64,000 nucleotides of DNA, taken from NCBI GenBank assembly GCA_951406725.2, contig OX597820.1, positions 92,380,001-92,444,000 on the forward strand. The letters are read 5' to 3'. The notes under the pieces were generated by a model, which was not told where the DNA came from, ran no database searches, and worked only from the letters and a program-made list of their open reading frames with translations. Below, piece by piece: positions 13,368-30,305 of the stretch. Source of the DNA: Octopus vulgaris (lineage: Eukaryota). The stretch's first letter is position 1. Every line of letters begins with the position of its first letter. Both the position numbers and the translations under genes were made by a program.

Positions 13368-14949
13368 TTACAATCTGCTTACTCCCGCAGAGTCATTAAA
13401 CTGTACAATAATTAAGCGTGTTTCTGCTTGGCTAAAGTGAAATATCGTCGTTCACAACATAGGCACACGATCTACATAAGCTAAGTTGCTATGGTGACAG
13501 AAATTCTGCAATACACAATTTCTACGCATAAATGTAGTAATAAGAAATAACACTTTTAGGAAATTGTTTCATAGAAAATACTCTAACAAATCTTTACATA
13601 GCCCGCTGATAGTGATTGACTATATAGCTACAGGATATGTGTATATAAGAAATACCACAAAATATTTCGCCCGGCATGCTAATGATTCTGCCAGCTCACT
13701 GGAATGGTATCAGAAGGTTTCAAGAGGAATACAAAAGCAATTAATTAATAATAGGTGACCGAATGTATTAGTAGACCAGATCGGGCTACACAATACACAA
13801 ACGAATTTCCCACTACCCTTCTCAATACTATAGGTCATACAAACATATCTCATTCTATTAAAATTAAATGCAATCTGGTTACACAACGGTTTAATCCGTT
13901 ACCAACAAAATAAATATCATTAGAATACAACATGTACAACATTTGCGCAACTGTGCTACGCCACTACAAAACCTGCACTTTATGGTTTATACTCTTATAC
14001 TAACAACCAAAATATAGAATACATTACACTATAACCACAAGTGAAATGTCCTTAACACGAAGCGAGAAACTAGTAAAGCACAAGACAAATCATTATACAG
14101 ATTTCAGATGTAAACGCTTTGAGTTGTAATGATGGAAGCTGTTATATCGGAAACAAAAGAATGATACTTCCTCATAGGGTGGACATGCATTTAAAAGGAG
14201 CCACGCTACTCATTAAAATACAGAACACGAAACAATCCTCGCTAGAAAAACACTCGTTGACAGCAGTATTGTTCCATATCAATTCCTCACCCCGAAAACA
14301 AGAAAAAATATGTAAAACTAGTACCTTTACCAATAGCAATATACGAAACTGAATTAAACACACACATCCATTGTTGCTTGTATATGTATGCACATACATA
14401 CATACACACACGCAGCATACACATAAATACAGATAGATAGACAGTTAGATCGAGAGGGACAATCCTTCGTTTACCATATTTAACATCGAGAGGTATAGTT
14501 TGAAAGGTATTTGGTTACTATATGAGGCAAGTCAGACGACTTCTTATAATTTTGCTGGTGTTTATACAAATGTACAAATGTTCACACAATACTCATAAGC
14601 ACAGAAGAAAGATAAAATCTAAATACTCATCACTTTGTATAGCAATAAAATGAAGAATGGTTAAATAGTTGCCAGAAGAGCGTAAAAAGTACATCAGGTG
14701 TAATTCAGCTACGTACATTCCTCACACACATATATAGAGATATGCACACAGACAAATATGTATTCACTAACTCATTTACATTTACATTTATTTATAAATA
14801 TTTGAAACAAATGGAACCCAGATAGGTTTCAATCACATATTTAATCGGAGGAAACGCTTTCAACCCTGTTCTGACTCTATACGAGATTTCAGAGTTCATA
14901 TTTCGTCAAATAATTACTATCTGCCTAATGTAGTCATATTCTGTCACCT

Positions 14950-16200
14950 CAATTTCATTACTTCATACACTTATTCGACTTTTGAACAACGTTTTCGGAC
15001 CGCATGTATTTTGTTTCGATGCCGCTTTTTTCTCAAATTGAGTTCTGGGCACTTAACTCTGTCAGTATGAACTGCAGTTTATCGGATATTACTGCGATGT
15101 GCACTCATGTCATCAGCCAGTTGGAGATGCATTAGTAGCTTTCGGCTTCTGTTGACTGCACTTTACCAGTCGATGTTTCGGATGATCATTTTGAAACATA
15201 CGGTGACACCTTCGGGGAAATGATATGCCTTTTTTCATGCCCTTACCGATTGGAAGACGCACGGCTAATGACAGCAGAGTTATATTACTAGAACTTCCCG
15301 AGTTCGTCTATTGGAGGTGTTTGATGCATTGTTGCTGTGAGTCTTTGCATCCCTGGAGACTTTGGATATGACCCTATATTGCCTCTAGCGAAGGATATGC
15401 TTTATCATATATCGACACTATTGCACTCGTTCAAGAAACTATATTAGGGCGATAGTGTGTTCATTTTGTTATAGTTCTTCGGAAAGTTTGCTGACTTCAT
15501 CTGCTATATTCGTCGAGACGTTTCTCTTCTTTGATGACCGTGATCATTGTAAACATTATTCCTGTTAGCATTATGCAATTGTATCGCATCAAACAGCTTA
15601 AAGCCTTGATTTTTCATCGAAATGGGCAGCGTTCCTTTTCCTCTCTAATCTTGTTGATAATGATAATACCTGGCAGCAAGCGATATCCCTGCTTCAGTTG
15701 AAGAGCGTTAAGAGTGACACTTCCAGTTGAATGCGTCATTTTGCTTGGGGTTATCCAAGCCCTTATTTTGACATATCTTTTCCTGAATAGGCCCTCTCCG
15801 TGATAAAGTCACTATAGCCTGTGACATAGGGACTAACAATCTCTATCCCTTCTCTCAATTCAAATTTTCCACTTCCTTTTCTAACCATTTTGTTGAAAAT
15901 TCGTATCCTGGCCGTGTAAGGGGTTTTATGGTAGCATATTTCTAGTTCATCTTCCTGGGTGTTATATGTAGCAGCTTCAGTCTAAATTATCGTGAGCATG
16001 GCATTTCCTTGAAGAGGTATTTTCAACATCCCGATGCGTATGAAGGATAAATTTCAGAATACAATTTTTGCCATTTTTCTTAGTTTTCAATGAAATCTCT
16101 ACAACTTTTAGTCGCTTCATGTGTCTCTGCCAGTCACAGAAACTATGTGTATGTATATCATGTATGTATAAACACTTCCGTGCCTCATAGTAGACCAATG
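14950..16200 (-). pseudogene. Possible heavily decayed LTR-retrotransposon (Gypsy-like) pol remnant
   Basis: Minus-strand fragments HIIS../PEGV (frameshifted, ~15215) followed by TNASPTG (~15125) resemble the RT end LGHIIS.EG and RNase H start TDAS..G. No ORF remains and the boundaries are rough. Confidence 0.3.
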
Positions 16201-16494
16201 GTGACAGTGACTGCCCACTAGCTATGATGAGGTGCCTATACTGGTAGACAGAGTGAGTTACAGAAGCGTCCATATAATTAATCACCTAGATGCTGGAAGT
16301 CAGATAAACTGGGGAGTCAACTACGACCTATTCGCTCAGCCAGTAGGTGAGTGTTCTGTAAACGCTTGAACATTGGAAAAGTTGGTCTAATTGTGGAGTG
16401 AGATCCGCACGACCATACTTATATAAATATAATACACTTATATATACAAGTTTGGCCACTCGTTTATACAAGTGTATTATATGTAAACATATAA

Positions 16495-16556
<62 letters not shown>

Positions 16557-16696
16557 CTCTCTCCCCCTTCATATATATAGAGAGAGATGTATATTACATT
16601 TAATGTATTTCTGAAATCACATATGATAGTGTATCCGTATATTATATATGTTTGGTATGAATACTTGTGTGTGTGTATGTGTTTGTGTGTGTGTGC

Positions 16697-16737
16697 GTCC
16701 TTTCTGTTGAGGAGCGTAGGCTCGAAACGTAAAAGAC
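16697..16737 (+). ncRNA. Minimal type I HHR variant (CUGUUGA core); module runs to (TA)n at about 16826
   Basis: CUUU-CUGUUGA-G-GAGC-GUAG-GCUC-GAAA-CG-UA-AAAG. Confidence 0.6.
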
Positions 16738-16822
16738 TTTCTCACTTTCCCGTGTGTCAAACTAATACATCTGCTTGTTGTTCATACACCTGTCTTTGTC
16801 TTTTGGTTTTCTGTAAATTTCA

Positions 16823-16895
<73 letters not shown>

Positions 16896-17419
16896 GCGCG
16901 CACAGTGTAACAATTGTACGCAACAGAGATATACGCACATACAGAAATATATATTCATACATACATTCATGCATACGCACATATTCACTGTAAAACTAAA
17001 ACTAATTTGATCAGGACACCAAGTGTTTCCTTGCGGCAAATTGAACGGGTTGTAATTTTCATTTATACATTTTGTGTTTTTATAAAGAGCAATACAAAGC
17101 TTCATTTTTAATAACATGATGATATTGCAGTTATTATAATTGTTCTTTTGATTTTGACTATATCGAGGTCAAGAAAGAAGTGATGATACTTAAGAATGAT
17201 AAAACATTTTAGGATATATTTTTTGAAATTTTTATTCTCATGTAGTTATGTTTTTCTTTTTATATGTGTGTTTTTTTGTGTACTATAATTTTTAATGTGA
17301 ATCCGACACGTTATCAGTGTGAGTGTTATTTTGCGTGTGTTACTAGTTTTGGTTTTTGACAATATTGAATAAGCAAACACAAAGAGTTCAATAAAAAAAT
17401 CAAATAAGAAACTGTGTGC

Positions 17420-17715
17420 GTGTGTCTTAGTGGTTAGGGCATTCGGCTCACGATTGTAAGGCCGTGAGTTCAATACCCGTCTTGAACAAGAGAACTTATT
17501 TCACGTTGCTCCAGTCCACTCAGCTGGCAAAAATGAGTAATACCTCAATTTCAAAAGGCCAGCTTTGTCACACACTATGTCAGGCTGAATCTCCCTGAGA
17601 ACTACGCTAAGGGTACACGTGTCTGTGGAATGCTCAGTCACTTGCGCATTAATTTCACGAGCAAGCTGTTCTGTTGATCGTATCGGCTGACATCCTCGTT
17701 GTCGTAACCGACAGA
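17420..17715 (+). mobile_element. tRNA-derived SINE family C
   Basis: A box tagtggttagg, B box gagttcaatacc, core cacgttgctccagtccactcagctggcaaaaatgagta. Relatives at about 43860 and 58950. Confidence 0.7.
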
Positions 17716-17720
17716 GTATA

Positions 17721-17789
<69 letters not shown>

Positions 17790-18198
17790 ATTTATTTATT
17801 TATTTATTTATTTATATATACTACTAATACAGGATGAAGCTTTTTTACAGATAAGAATTACATCAGAAAATGTGGCAGCATATTAAAATACCTTTAAGGT
17901 TAAAATTATAAACAACTTATAAACAAGGGCTAAAGAAAATTATTTCTATGCCAATATGCTGATAACAGACTTTTAAATCGTCAATTTCCACATATTATTT
18001 ACTCGCTACAGAAAACACGTAGAGCTGAAATCGAGGAAAGCTGGCCAACAGATTTTTTTTTTAAGTTCGTTATTTCTATATTGAATCAATTTCGGAATCA
18101 ATCTCATAATAGATTTTTTCCTCTTCAGTATACGAAAATACATAAATGAAATACTTACAAGCGCCCATGGAAAAAAGCCAAAGAAAAAATCATGAGTA

Positions 18199-18248
<50 letters not shown>

Positions 18249-18286
18249 TACACAGATATATATATATATAAATAAATATATATACG

Positions 18287-21052
18287 CCATGAAAGATCGT
18301 TAGCTCCTACAGACAACAAAATATAGTCATATGCAATACATATTGCCCACCGGATGCCCAAATCACACAGGCAAGTTTGAAGATTGCCTCACAAAAATTA
18401 AAGAAATCCTCATGAATCTGGAACACCACGTGACCATATTTCTTATGGGTAATTTCAACTTCCCCAACGTCAAATGGCCCAAAGGTCACATACTCTCAGG
18501 AATGAATCATTGCAAGCAAGTACAGGTGGAGTCCCTACTCAACCTCACCAATGCCTTATTCATGGAGCAAGTTGTACTGAAGCCAACTAGGGCGAATAAC
18601 ATTCTGGATCTCTGCTTCACGAACAATATGGACATCATTCATGATGTGAAAGTGACACCGACATCAGTTTCGGATTACAATATAATAGAGCTGTCTATGT
18701 TTGGGCCAAAAGTAACCAGAGACATACAGCCTAATGGAAGCACCCGAAATTTCTCCAATCTGAACTTCCACAAAGCAGATTGGAAATCGATCCAAAAAGA
18801 GATCCTCAGAGAGGACTGACCGGAATGTCTCTCCACACCAGACATTGACATGAAACTAGAATGTTTCATGTCTTCTGTGCAAGCCGTATGCCAGAAATAT
18901 GTCCCAGAACACAAGGCCAAAACAAATAGGAGAAAGATTCCAAGAGACAAGAAGATCCTCATGAGACGACGGACGAAGGTTGCAAATCGTCTCAACCAAC
19001 ATCTCAAAAGTAGCGAAACGTCCCGCCTAAAAACAACACTGATGGAGATCGAAAAAAGGCTGCAACAATCCTATGTGAAGGAGAAAGCAGACAAAGAAGC
19101 CTGGGTTATAAAAAATATTAAATCAAACCGAAAGGCCTTCTTTCATTACGCGAAAGAAACAGTCTCAGTGCACTACAAGATAGGACCCCTCCTCCAAAAG
19201 GATGGCTCCCTCACAGACAGTCCAACTAAGATCAGTGAGATGCTGAATGACCAGTTCAAAAGTGTCTTTACCACCCCGTTGGAACACAGACAAGTGAACT
19301 AACCAGTGGACTTCTTTGCCGCCTCACCTATAACCAGCGAGGCGGTTACAATAGAATGTATTGACATTAGCGAAAAAGATGTCCTACTAGTCATAGATGA
19401 AGTGGACACAAACTCAGCTGCTGGTCCAGATGGTTTCCCAGCCATCCTCCTCAAAGCGTGTAAGCATGCCCTGGCAAAACCCCTCAAGATTCTCTCCCAG
19501 AGCTTTCTTGCGAATGGCAAACTGCCAAGCAAGCTGAAGGAGGGAATACTATGCCCAATACATAAAGGGGAAAGTAGAGCAGATGCCAAAAACTATAGGC
19601 CTATCTCTCTGACTTCACACATCAGCAAAGTCATGGAACGGATAGTCAGAAAAAAAACTAATCGCATTCCTTGAGGAAAATAACTTGCTGAGTGATACCC
19701 AGCATGGTTTTCGACCAGGTAGGAGCTGCCTGACCCAGCTCTTACAGCATTATGACTGGGTGTTGAGGCAGTTACTCAACAAATCAAATGTGGACGTAAT
19801 CTACCTTGATTTTGCAAAAGTTTTTGACAAGGTGGATCATGGTATGATATGCCACAAACTGCGTGACCTCGGCATAGTTGGAAAACCTGGAGTGTGGTTA
19901 CATGACTTCCTGAATGATAGGAGTCAGGTAGTAGTGGTTAATGGATCCACCTCTATGAACACACAAATAGTGAGCGGTGTTCCACAGGGCACTGTCTTGG
20001 GACCACTGCTTTTTATAGTGGCCCTCTAAGATATGCCCTCAAATGCCCGGATAGCCACTCTGGCCAGCTATGCAGACGTAACGAAAGTCTCGCAGAAAAT
20101 ACAGAACCCCAGCGATGTTGCACACCTGCTGCAGAAGTTGGACTCAATCTACAGATGGGCTGAGGATAATAATATGCAGTTTAATGCTGAAAAATTCCAG
20201 GCCCTGCGCTACCAGCATCCAAAACTGAATATTAAACATACAGGATACACCGGTCCACAGGGAATTTAAATCCCAGAGCCTAAGTCTGTGAGGGACCTGG
20301 GTATCGACATGAGTGATGATACCTCTTTCCAAATGCACATTACCAAGATGGCGACAAAGTGCAGACGACTGGCTGGGTGGATCCTAAGAACATTCAGAAC
20401 CAGAGATGAGGAAACCATGATGGTCCTCTGGCAGACATTCGTCCTCAGCCGCCTGGATTACTGTTCACAGCTATGGTCACCCACCAATGTAAAATTAACA
20501 GCTGACCTTGAAGCAATCCAGAGAAGATTCACAAAGAAGATCGTCTCTTTGCAACAGCTCAGCTACTGGGAAAGGTTGAAACAGCTAAGACTCTACTCCC
20601 TGGAGAGACAACGGGAGAGATATGCAGTAATATATGTCTGGAAGATCCTGGAAAAAATTGTGCCAAATTTTGGCATTGTAAGCTACACCAATGCTAGAAC
20701 GGGACGACACTGCATAGTGCCAAATATCCCAGCAATGCCATCACGCTTCAGGACCAGCTTCTGCAACAGCCTGAGTTTCAAGGGCCCACAGCTTTTTAAT
20801 ATTCTCCCAAAGAGTCTGAGGAACTTGCACAAAGTAGATGTAGCGGTTTTTAAATCAAAGCTGGACATCTTCCTGTCAAAAGTCCCAGAGGAACCTACCT
20901 CACGGCAAGAGGTGCAAATGAGAGTAGCTATATCAAACTCCATTCTTCACTAAGTGCCACATATTAGACGAGGTTCTTCGCAATAACAGTGCAGCACAAA
21001 ACGGCGGTGCATCAGCATGGCCGCAGCTCTGAGCTGTAACTAGAAAAAAAAA
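18287..21052 (+). mobile_element. 5'-truncated non-LTR retrotransposon (CR1/L2-group-like) with disrupted APE-RT ORF2
   Basis: APE motifs GNFNFP, NILDLCF, SDY; RT motifs YRPISLTS, QHGFRPGRSC, YLDFAKVFDKV, SGVPQGTVLGPLLF, YADV (mutated YADD); C-terminal LYSLERQRERY. Several stops and a frameshift across 18331-20953; A-rich 3' end. Confidence 0.92.
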
Positions 21053-21143
21053 GAATAAAATAAAAAAACAAACAATTAAATTGGAGAAAAATGAATTAAG
21101 TAAAATGTTTTGTAAATATTTGCCAAGTCTCTCTGTCTCTCCG

Positions 21144-21187
<44 letters not shown>

Positions 21188-21531
21188 TTTTCTATCTCTC
21201 TTCCTTTGTGAACGCTTAGTAGGTAGTTAGTACTAAATTTGAAAGAATAGTTTATGAGTAGAGAGAATTGATGGTTTAAGCAGGAGCAGCCAAGGAAGAA
21301 GAAGTAGCAGTGGTAGTGGTGGTGGTGGTGGTGGTAGTAGTATTTATTTAGATTTATATAAATTACAATGTTTTAAATCGGTGCATATTAAATTGAAGTG
21401 GGGGCATAACTCAGCCTACATCTTGTCGAGTTACATTTTTATTTTTTAAGAAATTAACTTGAAAAATTAGCCTGAACATCAGTCGATTTATCTAACTTTA
21501 TGTCGGTTTCAGCAAATACTTATGAATATCA

Positions 21532-21585
<54 letters not shown>

Positions 21586-23303
21586 TGCCTGAAATCAAAC
21601 ACTGAAATGGAAAAAAGATCAAATAAAATATATCTGAGAATATATATAAGGCATTTATTAAAACAGATATAAGCTGATAAATTCTTAAAATTTTATTTTC
21701 GTATTACGTCATGTTTAAGTTATGTCGTATGTCTTGCAACGAATTACCGACCTAAGTTGAGGTGTGCTTGTATAAATTATGTATATATGTTCATAGGCAT
21801 GCATATAAATGTCCTTTTTTTTACGTTTGCCAGTTACTTAAACTAACACTTTTTATTATATTCCCACACACACTTAATACAAAATAGAACAGCTTAGTAC
21901 ATATTCTTTAGTATACACATTGAGAAACTTTAGCCTTTTAACTTATTTTTTGCTATTACTATTCATTGATAATATTCCATAATATTCTCTAAAAGATCAG
22001 AGAACTGAATAACTCTATACACATATGTAGACCTTAATACTGTTCACTATATATAAGATCACAGAGAATTCAATAGAATTTTTACATTTTTCTTACTAAC
22101 CTCTTAGTTTTCCATCAATAATTTACAACATTATATTTTAGAATTTCTAATTTTCGTTTTTATTTCAAAGCACTATATAACAAAATTCAATTATATAGAT
22201 CATATCTTATATATTACGTATTTCAAGAACCTTTAATCGAAACCGTTATTTACAGTATTATTTCAGCCACTGATTTAATATTCTTTCATACTTTCTAGCA
22301 TTTTAAAAATTTAACAGCAAAATACTAAAAAATCACGTACATGCAAACATAGATAACTACATGGAATTTCTATTCCCTCACAACTACACACTCATACAAA
22401 CACATACCAAAACACATAAACAAAAGAAAATAAAGAACAACAAGCAATAACTACCAAATGCCATATTATAAATTGATTAACAGAGTTCATATATATATAT
22501 ATATATATTAAGAGTGTTAGACCTTTATTGAAAATCAGGTATAAAGAATGTAAGAACCTAAAATTCAAGAATTATAATAACTATATACATATATCCATAT
22601 ATAGACGAACGCACATATTCACATATACAAACTCATTCCCTCATATACACATACTCCTAGATGCATTTATACATATAAACAAAATAACATAAACATAGTA
22701 TACAAGAACTTATTAACAAATGTGTAAAAAAATTTACAGCTATATGCATATTTATTAGAATTATATAGAACATAAAATATATGTTGGTATACTTGCAACC
22801 GAAATCTGTATTTGAATATTTATTCAGTTTACTATATTGAGTTACCCCATGTTTTTTGGTAAACTCATACCAGGAAATAATTTTATAAAGAAAACACTCA
22901 CGAATGAATGCACACACGCGCATACACACACTCAATCAATGGTGCACTTGTACACACACATAAAAGGCTAAAACCCCAAACTAATAAATCCCAGAATAAA
23001 ACCAATTTCACATTCCTTAAACTTAATCACTCTCTTCCTAACCTCAAGAAATTTTACAGAAAACCACGCTAGAGATCCTATATTCAATTAAACATCGCTT
23101 ACGTTTAACTCCTTTCTTTGCCCATTCAACCTTCCATCACTAACCTTCAAACTTATTCCTCAAATTATTATCTTTTTTTTTATTACAGAACAAACGAACA
23201 ATAAATAAATAAATCTTTATGATATTTGGTAAACACCCTTGTGTTCCAAATAAATCTTCCGATTTTTCTCTGCAAAAGAATATTGTAACTACTTTTCAAA
23301 TAA

Positions 23304-23350
<47 letters not shown>

Positions 23351-23749
23351 TTCTTTCTTTCTTTGTTTCCTTCTCTCTTTATATCGTTCACTCAGAAATC
23401 TGCCTTTTTCAGACGTTGAGATAAATTGGCTCCGCTAGGTTTAAGATGATCAAGGTAAGAGATATAAAAATTCAGTGAAGGTCGATCAAAAATTTAGTGA
23501 TGCTCCCATATGTTTACATCTATGGGGTTTGTGTGTATGTGTGTGTGTGTACGTGTGTATGTATTCTGTGTGTCTGCAGGTGCGTATTTGTCTGAGTATT
23601 TCTGCGTGCCCACGTGTATCTGTAAACCACGTTTCCCTGTGTCTGTGCTTCTTGGTTCTAGCCGTTGGTTTTGCTCATATACAGTTATATATCTGTATAT
23701 ATACATAGACATTGACAGGTAGGGAGATAGATACCTAGCTAGCTAGCTA

Positions 23750-24125
<376 letters not shown>

Positions 24126-24945
24126 ATATGTGAGTGCGTCTGGGGTGGGGGCGCTCACGTGTGTGCATGCATACATATTTTAATTGTTTTTCTTTCATTA
24201 CCTCGTACAGTTTTGCGTCTGGCCGCGTGCACATATGAATGGGTAGAATACACTATTGCCCCCGTCATAGTGTTGTTGCACACGTATAAGATTTATTTAT
24301 CTTTAAATGGTATTATTGGTCGAATTGTTCCCCGTTATAGTTCGACAGAAAGATTCATGACGGAACAGTCATGCATAGACGTTTGAGCCGTTTCCGACCA
24401 CTTTAATTTAAATCGCTTCCAGTATGTTTCTTCCTTGGCATATACCATGTCGGCCATAAATGCCCCTAGCGCTTTCAAGTTAATTTTCTCTATCACATTC
24501 TCTAACATAGATTTTCCTCTTGACATTCTTGTCTATAATATATGTCATATTTCTAGAATATATAATACATCTTCCAAGGTAATAATTTCGTTTCTTTTCA
24601 ATCTTTTTTCTTTCTTCTTTCATGATCATATTTTCCCGGAGGCGCTAGATTTCCATAAAATGTTATCTCTGTTACTAGAATGAGGCCAGGTGTTATGAAT
24701 TACAACTTTCATCCAACATGTCTCTGTTTTACGATATTACAGTATTTAGAAGCTTTTAATATTTAAAAGTAATCTTAAATGTAGTTTACATAATATTTGA
24801 TTACCCGCTCTTTCAACAATTTTCAACATGTGCAAATTCTAAACGCTAAAGGTAGAGTCTCTAATTGCTCTCTCACTTTCTTTCAAGTTAAGATGTTATG
24901 TATTAAAGCGTTTGTCTATGTATGTATGTATGTATGTATGTATGT

Positions 24946-25480
24946 CAGGTCACTTTCGAGTGCTACTGGTAACATGTAACCCAGTACAACCTGTTGCATG
25001 GTCGGATCGTCGGCGACTAAACCGGCAACCCCACCAAGCTTGCTTGGTGAGGAGGGTGTTTATTGGACACCTTGCGGGGTGAAAAACAAAACCCGTCAAA
25101 GGGCAGAGGAACACTTGAGAGTCAACGGCTATTCAATAAATGTCTTAAGGCTATATCATGCGCGGGGACATAGAAATAATCGGACTGAATACCCGATCGC
25201 GCGGTTAAACCATTGGGAGTGAAGGACTCCCAGCCTTTGTTAGGGCATCCTTCTAGGAGACGGTAACTCAGGTAACTGGGATAACTCCAACATAAAACTC
25301 CGGCTCAGTGGTTACCGATGATGTTGACTTGTTCTTCTTTTCGGATTATGGCTACTGTTGCTTAGTCAGTGCACAGCCTTTCCTCACTTTAAAAAAAATA
25401 TTCTTGCACAGGCATTGCACGATAACAACATTGATTAAGCTTCGTGCAATGGCCATACTCGATAACGAGGGGCAGCCACC
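24946..25480 (+). mobile_element. GC-richer non-coding insert in (TATG)n, probably a non-autonomous retroelement (RTE 5'-UTR-like)
   Basis: Sharp compositional boundaries with (TATG)n on both sides; gggcatccttctaggagacggtaactc resembles RTE leader sequence. Family is inferred only. Confidence 0.4.
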
Positions 25481-25492
25481 ATGTATGTATGC

Positions 25493-25523
<31 letters not shown>

Positions 25524-25745
25524 CTGTTATTCTTTAACTTATTTCAGTCATTTGCCTATGGCAATGCTTGATCACTCCCTTAAATGGCTTTAGTCAAAGG
25601 AATCGATCCCAGGACTTATTCTCTGTAAGCCTAGTACTTATTCTGTCGGTCTCTATAACGGGGACAGAAACATACCAGCCTCGGTTGACAAACGCAGACA
25701 CAAAAATACACACACATAAATAAATAAATATATATATATATATAT

Positions 25746-26481
25746 AGTTGAGTACAAAAATTCGGGGTGAGTACTTGATAATTATAAGCACCTGTGTATA
25801 CTGTTTGGTGGTGTAGGTGGTGGAGTAAATTGATCAAAATAAAAACACGATGCCAAGGATTCAGCGGTACATATGTTTCGGGCCTTTATTAGACAGATTC
25901 ATAACAATGCATAATGTATGTCTGTGGCCTTCTTCAACCGCGCACAACAGCTTCCACAAGGACATGTGTTACATCAAAAATTCTTGGTTGGGGATGCAAA
26001 TCCTCTCATTCGCGTACGACATAGTGCGGCAACAGCATAGAATTGAAGCGTCCATCTCTTTCCTCTCTCAATGTAGAATGAGGAAATTTGGATGTTGAAG
26101 TAATGTAAATAAATTAATTAATAAATACATATATAGACGTGAAGGAACCTGGTAATAAGAGTAAATAGGGGTAAAGATGGAGGGGCGAGAATTCAGGACG
26201 AAGGATAAAAAATATATAAAAAAATATATAAAAAGTGTGAGTATAGAAAAATATAAAAATGTAGAGTATAAAGATATAAAGAGATATAAGGAGATATAAA
26301 GGGGATATAAAGAATATAAAAAAATATAAATGGATATAAAGGCATAAGGTTATAAAGTAAAAATAGAAATAGAAATAAAAGTAAAGAGATAAAAATAGGA
26401 ATAAAAATGATAAAAATGTAAAAAAATATAAAATATAAAGATAAGGGATGTATAGAGGTTACGGACCAAACATGGTGGTCA
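25746..26481 (-). mobile_element. Non-coding Penelope-type terminal module with HHR, ending in (TA)n
   Basis: HHR at 25864-25941, then a ~118-nt tail into (TA)n. An upstream low-complexity pyrimidine-rich tract (minus strand) parallels the 3' UTR of the PLE at 54291. The 5' limit is uncertain. Confidence 0.5.
25864..25941 (-). ncRNA. Type I HHR motif with extended helix II (U3 variant)
   Basis: Minus strand GCGG-UUGAAGA-aGGCC-ACAGA...UCUGU...GGCCc-GAAA-CAUAUG-UA-CCGC with palindromic ACAUAUGU. Confidence 0.7.
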
Positions 26482-26938
26482 GATAGAATAAGTACTGGGC
26501 TTACAAAGAATAAGTCCCGGGGTCGATTTGCTCGACTAAAGGCGGTGCTCCAGCATGGCCGCAGTCAAATGACTGAAACAAGTAAAAAGAGTAAAAAGAG
26601 ATATATGCGATAGGATTACGGGTTTCCGTCAACCAAATCCACTCACAAGGCTTTTATCGGCCCGAAGTTTTAGTAGTAAACACATGCCAAGGGTATCACG
26701 CAGTTGGTTTCAACCCTGAGCCACATTTTTTACCACACGGCTACTCCTGAGCCTGTAGCTACGCGTGCGTCTGTGTGTATATTTATATGCATGCATGCAA
26801 GCGTGGCTATGTGGTAAGAAGATTCCTTCACAACCTCATGATTTGGGGTTCAGTCCAACTGCGCGGCATCTAGATCAAGTGTCATCTACTATACCCTCGG
26901 GCCAATCAAGTCCTTGTGAAACGGAGAAAAGCCAGCCG

Positions 26939-27021
<83 letters not shown>

Positions 27022-27090
27022 AAATAAATATATATATAAATAAATATATATATATATATATAATAAATAAATATATATATATATATATAA

Positions 27091-27145
<55 letters not shown>

Positions 27146-27200
27146 AATAAATACATATATATATATATATATAAATAAATATATATATATATATATATAT

Positions 27201-29477
<2,277 letters not shown>

Positions 29478-29497
29478 TACATATACATATATATATA

Positions 29498-29562
<65 letters not shown>

Positions 29563-29921
29563 TTACGGCTGGCTTTTCTCCGTTTCCGTCTGCCAAATCC
29601 ACTCACAAGGACTTGATTGGCCCGAGGGTATAGTAGATGACACTTGATCTAGATGCCGCGCAGTTGGACTGAACCCCAAATCATGAGGTTGTGAAGGAAT
29701 CTTCTTACCACATAGCCACGCTTGCATGCATGCATATAAATATACATACAGACGCACGCGTAGCTACAGGCTCAGGAGTAGCCGTGTGGTAAAAAATGTG
29801 GCTCAGGGTTGAAACCAACTGCGTGATACCCTTGGCATGTGTTTACTACTAAAACTTCGGGCCGATAAAAGCCTTGTGAGTGGATTTGGTTGACGGAAAC
29901 CCGTAATCCTATCGCATATAT

Positions 29922-30305
29922 CTCTTTTTACTCTTTTTACTTGTTTCAGTCATTTGACTGCGGCCATGCTGGAGCACCGCCTTTAGTCGAGCAAATCGAC
30001 CCCGGGACTTATTCTTTGTAAGCCCAGTACTTATTCTATCGGTCTCTTTTTGCCGAACCGCTAAGTTACGGGGACGTAAACACACCAGCATCGGTTGTCA
30101 AGCAATGCTAGGTGGACAAACACAGACACGCAAACACACACATACATATATATATACATATATACGACAGGCTTCTTTCAGTTTCCGTCTACCAAATCCA
30201 CTCACAATGCATTGGTCGGCCCGGGGCTATAGCAGAAGACACTTGCACAAGATGCCACGCAGTGGGACTGAACCCGGAACCATGTGGTTGGTTAGCAAGC
30301 TACTT
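29922..30305 (-). mobile_element. SINE family A, full body; its extreme 5' end is displaced to 32491-32525 by an insertion
   Basis: Tail, core and head are present up to ggttagcaagctactt; the head resumes as gttagcaagctacttaccacacagccac at 32491. Confidence 0.85.

Noticed and set aside
23413-23460. Possible host exon (tttttcag|...ATGATCAAG|gtaaga)
   Set aside because: Good splice signals, but stops in all three frames before the late ATG and no partner exon found; cannot be supported without RNA data.
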